32,000 bases of DNA from an uncultured Bacteroidales bacterium (GTDB taxonomy: Bacteria; Bacteroidota; Bacteroidia; Bacteroidales; WCHB1-69), in contig CALGTS010000016.1 of assembly GCA_937901925.1 (NCBI GenBank), positions 1 to 32,000 on the forward strand, written 5' to 3'. Below the pieces are notes generated by a model. It searched no databases. It was not told where the DNA came from and saw only the letters and a list, made by a program, of their open reading frames with translations. The translations under genes and the position numbers were made by a program. Below, piece by piece: positions 1 through 7,200 of the stretch. Position 1 is the first letter of the stretch. Every line of letters begins with the position of its first letter.

Positions 1-34
1 ATTATAAAATTACTCGCAAATGTCAAAAAAAATA

Positions 35-42
35 TATCTTTG
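35..42 (+). promoter_or_regulatory. Bacteroidetes-type -7 promoter box (TAtcTTTG)
   Basis: Exact match to the TAnnTTTG -7 consensus of Bacteroides primary-sigma promoters, about 65 nt upstream of the ATG at 108. Confidence 0.35.
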
Positions 43-107
43 CACAAACAATTTTCACACACTTTTTGGGACAGTATCGATATTAAATTGTTAAAAATAG
101 GAAAGTT

Positions 108-923
108 ATGAGAAAAGTCACATTTGAAACTCTTAATCCTTCTTCAAAAATTTTCGAAGTGTTGAACAACAACAATTTTGCGTGGTGGGAAAGATTTAAA
201 TCGGAATCAAGTTTTTATATTGAAGTCCGCAAAGACAATCAAATTAACGTATATCATGAAGGCGGCAATGTTGTTAGATTACATTATTGCTCTAAAAGGA
301 ATGTATTACAAGCATTTACTCATTGTAAATATTTAGGGCGCGAAGAATTGAAGAATAAATACCTAAATTGTATTGATATTTTAGATGCAGAAATAGACAA
401 TATTGTATCAAGAATTAAAGGAATATATTCAGAGAAGAATGGTGTTAATAAAGAAAAATGGAGTGAAAAATATATTCAAGGTCGCCTAATTGAAAACGGA
501 CGTACAAAATATATTGATTCCGAATTTGCTTACAAAAATGAAGAAACTGATATTCGTATTGATTTGATAGAATGCGTTAATGGAGAGATTCGTTTTGTGG
601 AATTAAAAAGATTGGATGATGATAGAATGTTGAAAAAAACGGATGACAATCCTAAAGTTATTACGCAAATGAAGAACTACAAACAGTTCGCTATCAAAAA
701 TAGAGAGGATATTTTGAAATATTACAATAAGATTTATGAGATTAAACAATCATTAAAGTTGCCTTTGCCAGCACAAAAACCTGTTTCAATATGTGTAGAA
801 CCATTATTGATAATTTTTAACCGATGGGAAAAACCACATAGCAAACGAGATAATCATCGTCAGCGTATGGAGGAAAAGTTAAAAAGAGAAAAGATTGATT
901 ATATTATTATCGATGAAATTTAA
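108..923 (+). CDS. Hypothetical protein with PD-(D/E)xK nuclease-like motif
   Basis: Clean 271-aa ORF in AT-rich DNA. 'RIDLIE...RFVELKR' fits the hhhD...hhhExK nuclease pattern. The N-terminal 'LNNNNFAWW' resembles 'LNNIVWW' of the next ORF. No named family recognised. Confidence 0.75.
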   Translation: MRKVTFETLNPSSKIFEVLNNNNFAWWERFKSESSFYIEVRKDNQINVYHEGGNVVRLHYCSKRNVLQAFTHCKYLGREELKNKYLNCIDILDAEIDNIVSRIKGIYSEKNGVNKEKWSEKYIQGRLIENGRTKYIDSEFAYKNEETDIRIDLIECVNGEIRFVELKRLDDDRMLKKTDDNPKVITQMKNYKQFAIKNREDILKYYNKIYEIKQSLKLPLPAQKPVSICVEPLLIIFNRWEKPHSKRDNHRQRMEEKLKREKIDYIIIDEI

Positions 924-1009
924 GATGTTATGACACAATTTAAGTTTCTTCAAAGAGACAAAAAATTGAGTTATAGAGATTACATAATCGCTAAAGATTT
1001 TTAAGAATT

Positions 1010-2002
1010 ATGGAAAATCAAAATAATAAATATTTACAAACAGAATATAAAGCACAACAAGAAAAGAAACAGCGAAAGTTAATGAAATCCAAATCCTTTG
1101 TATTTGATAACGCAGAAGGAGAACCTTTCTATTTACAAGATGAGCAATGCTGGCGACCTTCTTCAAAGGTTATCAGTCGTCGCGAGAGTGTCAAAAATTT
1201 ATTCAAAAACATAAGAAAGGATGCTCTTTTGTATTTTGAACTAAATAATATCGTATGGTGGAAACAATACGAGGATTTATATTTCCCTAATGGAAATACT
1301 CTCTCTTCACAAATTCATTGTCTTAATCACTTGTTTGCCATACGAGCAGACCACGATGCAGTGCTTAAAATTATTCAAACAATTCTACCAGATATTGCCG
1401 AAATAGAAGTTTCGCCAATTGATGAAAAGTTTTGCATCATGGACAAATATCCATACAAAACACCTTCGTATATATCATTCGAATTCACATACAATAACAA
1501 AGAACTGCTCCGTGAGCGATGCAATCAAAGAGGTGCTAATTGCACTTCGGTAGATGCTTTTGTATATGCAGTAAACAAAGAAAAAAAACACATTCTCATT
1601 GCTATTGAATGGAAATATACAGAAGCATACAAAAAAACAAATGATAATAAAGCTGATGATGCAACTATTGAAAACCGTTACCGCTCACTTGCTGAAAATA
1701 GTTCTATTCTTGGTGGCTGGAAAGATTTGTACAATTGGGATCCTCAATATGAATTGACTCGACAAACATTACTGATGGAACAGATTATTTCTAACAAACC
1801 ATTCGATGCAGACGATTATCGACATATTGTCGTTTGTCCAAATGATAATACAGAAATGATGGAAGAAGCTAAGACTTTTAAAGATTCTTTGAAAGACAAA
1901 TCCAAATTCCTCATCATCGACCCCCAATCCCTCCTTTCCCCGCTCGAAAGCAATGCCAAATACAAAGATCTCATCACCTATCTAAAAACCCGCTACTGGT
2001 AA
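1010..2002 (+). CDS. Hypothetical protein with PD-(D/E)xK nuclease-like motif
   Basis: 330-aa ORF. 'SVDAFVYAV...ILIAIEWKYTE' fits D...ExK. The last ~30 codons lie in visibly GC-richer DNA. The stop is 4 nt before the WYL gene ATG. Confidence 0.75.
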   Translation: MENQNNKYLQTEYKAQQEKKQRKLMKSKSFVFDNAEGEPFYLQDEQCWRPSSKVISRRESVKNLFKNIRKDALLYFELNNIVWWKQYEDLYFPNGNTLSSQIHCLNHLFAIRADHDAVLKIIQTILPDIAEIEVSPIDEKFCIMDKYPYKTPSYISFEFTYNNKELLRERCNQRGANCTSVDAFVYAVNKEKKHILIAIEWKYTEAYKKTNDNKADDATIENRYRSLAENSSILGGWKDLYNWDPQYELTRQTLLMEQIISNKPFDADDYRHIVVCPNDNTEMMEEAKTFKDSLKDKSKFLIIDPQSLLSPLESNAKYKDLITYLKTRYW

Positions 2003-2006
2003 CCCT

Positions 2007-2918
2007 ATGACCCCGACCAACCTTTTCAACCGCTACCTCTGGCTTTTGGAGAAACTTTCCCCTAACCGTAGGCTCACCAAGGAGGAGATAGACCGGCTTT
2101 GGGAAATGTCTTCCCTCAACAAAAATGGCGAGAAGGTGATTCCGCGCCGCACGTTCGCACGGATGCGCGATGCCATAGATGAACTGTTCGGCATCCGCAT
2201 TGCCTGCGACCGCTCCAACAACGTCTATTACATCGCAGACAATCTGGAAGAACAGACCCAGAATGTCCGAAAGTTCCTGCTCTCCGCCTTCTCCGTGAAT
2301 CACCTGCTGCGCGAGAACCAGGACATGATGCCCCGCATCCTGATGGACAATGTGTCAACCGGTGGCAACGCTTTTCTGCAGGAGATCACAGCCGCCATGC
2401 GCGACAACCGCCGCATCGCCATTACCTACCAGAGTTTTGAAATGCGACAGGTTCGCGAGTTTGAGGTTTGCCCGTATGCCCTCCGCTACGCCAATCATCG
2501 CTGGTATCTGCTCGCCAAAACCGACTTCCACACCGCATTGCGTCTTTACGCCCTCGACCGTATGAGTGCAGTTGTGGTCACGAACAAAAACTTCAGTCTC
2601 CCCAAGGACTTTGATGCTTCATACTATTTCTCCCTTTTCTTCGGAGCGATGATTACCGATGCCAATGTAGAGACTATCCGTCTGAAAGCCAGTGATTTTC
2701 GAACGCCCTATCTCCGTTCACTACCCTTGCACCATAGCCAGAAAGAGATCCGTCCCGGTGAGTTTGAACTGCACCTTGTCCCCACCCCCGACTTTCTGCA
2801 AGCCCTGCGTTCCATCGGTCCGGACATTGAAATCACACATCCGAAATGGTTGCGGAAACAGTTCTTGGACGAGGCACGGACGCTGATAAAACGATACGGT
2901 AACAAAGAACTGCCCTAA
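2007..2918 (+). CDS. WYL-domain transcriptional regulator (paralog A), C-terminal tail apparently frameshifted
   Basis: N-terminal wHTH-like region followed by the 'ANHRWYLLAKTD...LYALDRM' WYL signature. Alignable along its length with the ORF at 12584..13552. GC-rich. A conserved tail continues out of frame (see 2890..3036). Confidence 0.8.
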   Translation: MTPTNLFNRYLWLLEKLSPNRRLTKEEIDRLWEMSSLNKNGEKVIPRRTFARMRDAIDELFGIRIACDRSNNVYYIADNLEEQTQNVRKFLLSAFSVNHLLRENQDMMPRILMDNVSTGGNAFLQEITAAMRDNRRIAITYQSFEMRQVREFEVCPYALRYANHRWYLLAKTDFHTALRLYALDRMSAVVVTNKNFSLPKDFDASYYFSLFFGAMITDANVETIRLKASDFRTPYLRSLPLHHSQKEIRPGEFELHLVPTPDFLQALRSIGPDIEITHPKWLRKQFLDEARTLIKRYGNKELP

Positions 2919-3036
2919 ACGAAGCTTGAATGTGGTACGAATTTTTCCAGAGGAAACCCATGAGTTGTTCGCCAAGACCGAGCAGTTCGCAAAACTGAGA
3001 TACGAAGGGTATAAGAAATTAAATGACGGAAAATAA
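2890..3036 (+). other. Out-of-frame conserved C-terminal coding remnant of WYL gene A
   Basis: This frame is open from 2890. Its last 23 codons (2968..3036, FAKTEQFAKLRYEGYKKLNDGK*) match 13477..13545 codon for codon, with 6 synonymous differences including aga/cgt (Arg) and tta/ctc (Leu). It contains no start codon. Confidence 0.55.
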
Positions 3037-3050
3037 AATCATCCGTGTCC

Positions 3051-3093
3051 GTAGGGGCGAATAATTGAGGGGCGAATAATTATTCGCCCCTAC
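3051..3093. repeat. REP-like element: half-site plus perfect palindrome GTAGGGGCGAATAATTATTCGCCCCTAC
   Basis: 'gtaggggcgaataattg' is followed by 'aggggcgaataattattcgcccctac'. The same palindrome recurs at 3570..3597 inside the adjacent Y1-transposase gene. Confidence 0.8.
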
Positions 3094-3157
3094 CCATCCC
3101 CAAACCGGACGTGACCGAAATTCGATCATGCCCGTTTTTTTGTGTCGGAATATTTTG

Positions 3158-3165
3158 TATGTTTG
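3158..3165 (+). promoter_or_regulatory. -7 promoter box (TAtgTTTG) for the RAYT gene
   Basis: Exact TAnnTTTG match 30 nt upstream of the ATG at 3195. It lies inside the longer GTG-started ORF (3111), which argues for the 3195 start. Confidence 0.4.
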
Positions 3166-3194
3166 CAGGGAATGAAAACAATTTTATAAACAAT

Positions 3195-3830
3195 ATGAAA
3201 ACGAAGAGATATCATCGTCGATCCATCCGTCTGAACGGATATGATTACGTCCAAAATGGGAATTATTTCCTGACCATATGTTCACGAAACAGAGAATGTC
3301 TCTTTGGGGATGTTCGCGATGGCAAAATGTATCTGTTAAATTATGGATGGCTGGTGAACGAATGCTGGCAGGAAATCCCGGCACATTTTCCGCAAATTGT
3401 TTTGCATGAATACGTTATCATGCCAAACCACGTGCATGGCATTATCGAAATCAACAACCCGCAATCCACGGGTGCAAATACGGGTATGTGTACGGATACC
3501 GTGAATGTAGGGGCGAATATCGTGGATGTAGGGGCGAATGTCGTGGATGTAGGGGCGAATGTCGTGGATGTAGGGGCGAATAATTATTCGCCCCTACGGA
3601 CCCCGCAATCCCGTCCCCATGGCACATCCCGAACGGTGGGTTCCGTGGTGCGCGGATTCAAAATCGGGGTGACCAAACAAATGGGATTTTCCCCGTGGCA
3701 ACGCAATTATTACGAACACATCATCCGAAATGATGAATCGTATCAAAACATTGTCCAATACATGGCGCAAAACCCGCTAAAATGGAAGGAGGATTATTTC
3801 TATTTTGGAATCAACGGTGCATCAATATGA
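3195..3830 (+). CDS. REP-associated tyrosine (Y1/HUH) transposase, IS200-like (RAYT)
   Basis: 'RSIRLNGYDY...YFLTICSRNRECLFG', the HUH motif 'MPNHVHGII' and the catalytic Tyr region 'WQRNYYEHIIRN' are typical of RAYT/IS200-TnpA-like proteins. REP palindromes are adjacent and internal. Confidence 0.85.
   Translation: MKTKRYHRRSIRLNGYDYVQNGNYFLTICSRNRECLFGDVRDGKMYLLNYGWLVNECWQEIPAHFPQIVLHEYVIMPNHVHGIIEINNPQSTGANTGMCTDTVNVGANIVDVGANVVDVGANVVDVGANNYSPLRTPQSRPHGTSRTVGSVVRGFKIGVTKQMGFSPWQRNYYEHIIRNDESYQNIVQYMAQNPLKWKEDYFYFGINGASI
3507..3597 (+). repeat. In-frame 21-bp tandem repeat (3 units) ending in the 28-bp REP palindrome
   Basis: Units at 3507-3527, 3528-3548 and 3549-3569 (gtaggggcgaat[a/g]tcgtggat), then gtaggggcgaataattattcgcccctac at 3570-3597. 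Together they encode VGANIVD VGANVVD VGANVVD VGANNYSPL between the HUH and Tyr motifs. Confidence 0.95.
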
Positions 3831-3831
3831 A

Positions 3832-3848
3832 TATTTTTGTTATTTTTG
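3832..3848 (+). promoter_or_regulatory. Two adjacent -7 boxes (TAttTTTG at 3832-3839 and 3841-3848)
   Basis: Exact TAnnTTTG matches. The second, 'tatttttgccg', resembles the promoter part of the repeated junction module (4179, 9229, 11811). It may drive RNA copy A. Confidence 0.3.
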
Positions 3849-3920
3849 CCGTCGAAAATATCAAATAGTATTAACGAAAAAACAACAAAAAAAAGAAAAA
3901 GACTAAAAACCAACTAAATA

Positions 3921-4106
3921 CATATTATAGATAGCGTTTGTGGCTATCCTTGAACGTCAAATTTCCACAACGTCCTCGTTGCGAGGGCAAAAACCAATCA
4001 AGGAGAGTTATAAATGCCGTAGTAATACGGCGTGGAATGACTTGTTAGATTGGTGGGGCGTGGAAACCCTGACGTTCAGGCAAGGAATAAGTTCCACGCT
4101 TTTTTT
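3921..4106 (+). ncRNA. Unclassified structured RNA, copy A (5' end uncertain), ending in an intrinsic terminator
   Basis: Highly similar to 13778..13961. Differences fall in loops or are compensatory in helices. Indels break all reading frames between copies. It ends with a GC-rich stem plus T-run. Confidence 0.7.
4058..4106 (+). terminator. Intrinsic terminator of RNA copy A
   Basis: GCGTGGAA (4058-4065) pairs with TTCCACGC (4092-4099) and is followed by T7 (4100-4106). Confidence 0.7.
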
Positions 4107-4155
4107 ATGCAATTCACGAAAAAAAACGATATGAGGCAAAAAAACATTACTAAGA

Positions 4156-4197
4156 CACTTTTTGGCAGGGTGGCGTTCTATTTTTGCCGCGTTGAAA
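4156..4197 (+). repeat. Junction module copy 1 (right hairpin arm plus -7 box TAttTTTG at 4179-4186)
   Basis: 42 nt identical to 9206-9247 ('cactttttggcagggtggcgttctatttttgccgcgttgaaa'). It precedes the ATGAAAAAA start at 4228. Confidence 0.85.
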
Positions 4198-4227
4198 CTG
4201 AAATAATAACCACTTAAAATAGGTCGT

Positions 4228-7200
4228 ATGAAAAAAGGAATGATTACATTTTTAGCGATTTTATGGGCATTCTCTCTTGCGAATGCCCAAACCGTAACGC
4301 TGACTTTCACGGGACGTGATGCCAGCAGCCAACACGTGCAACTCCATCGAGTATGTGTTACAAACCTCACAAGAGGTTGGCAAGAAACCATTTATTGGCC
4401 CGACACAACATTGTCGATGCAAAACAGTACGGGAATAAGCGAGAACGGGTTGGGAGAAGGTTTCTCTTTGGCACAAAATGTACCCAATCCCTTTTCCGGA
4501 GAAACCGAGGTGATTATGGTCACAGATGCAACTGGTGAAGTTTTTCTTACAGTGAGCGATGTTACGGGCAAGTCCGTTGCTGTTTTTTCGAGGATGTTGG
4601 AACCAGGCGGGCACCATTTTCGGATACGTTTGGCGGTTGCGCAAACCTACATCCTCACCGCCCGGCAAGGTGCAAGGAGTGCCTCCGTTAAAATGGTGAA
4701 CAAGGGTACGTCAAAGGGCAATGAAATCCTCTACGAGGGAAGTGGGAATCCCATCTCCTATACATTGAAGTCCAGCACCACGCATCCCTTCACCTTTGGC
4801 GACCAAATGGAATATGTGGGCTATGCTGTCATCAATGGCAGTGAAGAGGAGAGCCAGCGCATCACCCAGGCGCAAGGCGCTTCACAGACATTTGTGATGC
4901 AATTTCAGGGAGAGCAACACAGATTGCCGACAGTTATTACAAGTGCGGTAACGGAAATAACGGAAAACTCTGCTTTATGCGGGGGGAGTGTTACGGATGA
5001 AGGTAGCGGTGCAGTGACGGGAAGAGGTGTGTGCTGGGGCACATCTCATAATCCTACCATAAATGACAGCTTGACCGCAGAAGGTTCTGGCATTGGCTCT
5101 TTCACGAGTAATATTACGGAATTGGAATCCTCCACAACGTATTATGTCCGAGCTTACGCCACGAATAATGTGGGAACGGCGTATGGGCAAGAAATTGCTT
5201 TTACAACAGTGGATGAAATATTGCCATCAGTGACGGGAAATATCACCTATAATCAGTACACATGCGTACATATTGCAGGATCTGTTGACTATGAGGGAAG
5301 CAGCCCGGTTTTGGAAAAAGGCGTATGTTGGTCAACCTCACCTAATCCTACAATTGCCGATAACTATATGAGTTTTGGTGGTGGTGTCGGATCTTATAGT
5401 TGTTCTATAACAGATTTGAACCCTGAAACAAGATACTATTTTTCAGTGTATGCCAGAAATAATGCGGGAATAACCTGTGGACCTGTGAATGGAGGAGGCT
5501 ATGACGGATCTGTGACAACAGGTTATTATCCTACTCCTTATTTTGACAACATTAGTAATCCGACTGTTATTGATGAAAGCACCATGCAGATTTCGTTTGA
5601 TGTAACATGGTATCCAACTACTTATTGCAGAGATTCTATTGTTGAAAAAGGTTTCTGCTGGACCACTTCGAATAGTCACTACTACCAATCACCCACTCTT
5701 TCTGATAATTACATCTCATTGGGGGCTGGAGAAGGAAGTGTGACATATACCATGACAGGTCTAACGCCGAATGTTTATTATCACTTCCGTCCCTACGCTA
5801 TCACAACGGCAGGAGTGACATTTTATGGCAGCACTTTCTTCAAAAAAATAATCTTGCACACTCCGCAAGTCAGTACAGCCAGCGTGAGCGACATCACAGA
5901 TATATCGGCTGTGTGTGGCGGCAACGTAACAGGTACGGGCACAAATCAATTTGACGCTGTCGTAACGGCGCGAGGCGTATGTTGGAGCACTTCTCATAAT
6001 CCTACTATTGCAGATAGTCATACCTCTGATGGCAGTGGCACGGGCAGTTTCACAAGCAGTATTACAGGGCTTGCACCCGGCACAACGTATTATGTTCGGG
6101 CGTATGCGACAAACAGTATTGGGACAGCTTATGGAAACGAGGTGAATTTCACGACGGCTGTACCCGTCATTTTGCCTTCAGTGACAACTTCGCCCGTATT
6201 AAACATCACGGAGCATGCGGCATCTTGCAGCGGCAACGTCATTTCCGATGGGGGTACAACAGTTACGGGAAGAGGAGTATGTTGGAGCACTTCCCATAAT
6301 CCCACTATTGTAGATAACCATACTTATGGCGGCAGTGGTACGGGCAATTTTGACTGTATCATCTCAGGACTCGCATCTGGAACGACGTATTACGCACGAG
6401 CGTTTGCAATCAATAATATAGGGGTGGCGTATGGTGGTGAATTGGAATTCACTACCCTCCAGGTGCAATCATGTCCCAACATACCAACAGTTACCGACTA
6501 TGACGGTAACACATACAATACGGTACAAATTGGCAACCAATGTTGGATGAAAGAAAACTTGCGCACCACGCATTATGCAGATGGCACTGCTATCACACTT
6601 GCCCAAGGTAGTGGGAGTTCGAATACCATCCCATTTTATTACACGAACAACGGCGGCTACCACTATTATAATTGGCCGGCAGCGAAAGGATGGGGTTCTG
6701 ACGGTGTGAATTCAATATGCCCAGAGGGATGGCATGTGCCAAGTGCTGAGGAGTGGTTGCTGTTAATTCAATATGTAAGAAGCCAAAGCCAATATGCCTG
6801 TGATAATAACTATGCGTATATTGCAAAAGCATTAGCATCTACATCTTCAGTTTGGTCTAATAGTACAGATTACTGTGCAGTGGGCAACAATGAAATCCTC
6901 AACAATGGTACGGGTTTTAGTGCAATGCCTGCTGGAATTTTTGGGAATAATGGGAATAATTGGTCTTCTGTTGCAATTGCTACATTTTGGTCTGCAACAG
7001 GGGAAATAGGAACAACATCGCTTGCAAACGCCATGAAGATTTACTACAATAGCCCTACTGTAGATATTTCATCATATGATAAAAGTGTTGGTCTTGCCAT
7101 TCGCTGTCTCCGTGACGGTACTTCTTCGGCTGGATTACCCACTGTCATTACTAATTCGATGAGTGATATTTCTGAAACGACTGCCACATGTGGCGGTAAT

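Noticed and set aside
1974-2975. Multiple antisense and alternative-frame ORFs (1974-2303, 2033-2221, 2116-2358, 2350-2565, 2692-2886, 2708-2905, 2721-2975).
   Set aside because: They all overlap the GC-rich WYL gene, which has a clear domain signature. Such shadow ORFs are typical of GC-rich coding DNA. The exception is the frame containing 2890-3036, which is reported separately.
3111-3194. Longer ORF-track starts: 3111 (RAYT), 9717 (nuclease), 11816 (LRR), 12512 (WYL-B), 19838 (last operon gene) and 24505 (SprT-like).
   Set aside because: Each extension overlaps a promoter box, a repeat module, a terminator hairpin or the preceding gene, and lacks homology to the paralog. Internal ATGs give canonical N-termini or signal peptides.
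3507-3597. Possible CRISPR array (regular 21-bp repeats).
   Set aside because: The units are directly contiguous with no spacers, lie in-frame inside the RAYT ORF and derive from the REP palindrome arm. No cas genes are present.
3921-4106. RNA copy A as a TnpB/IscB omega-RNA or IS200/IS605 end, because it lies downstream of a Y1 transposase. Alternatively a retron msr/msd.
   Set aside because: Copy B has the same RNA with no transposase nearby, so the RAYT is a secondary insertion. There is no tnpB/iscB and no reverse transcriptase in the window.
3940-4134. ORFs 3940-4134 (64 aa) and 13907-14089 (60 aa) overlapping the RNA copies.
   Set aside because: They are in different relative frames in the two copies. 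Indels between copies break any shared frame, and the substitution pattern follows helices rather than codons.
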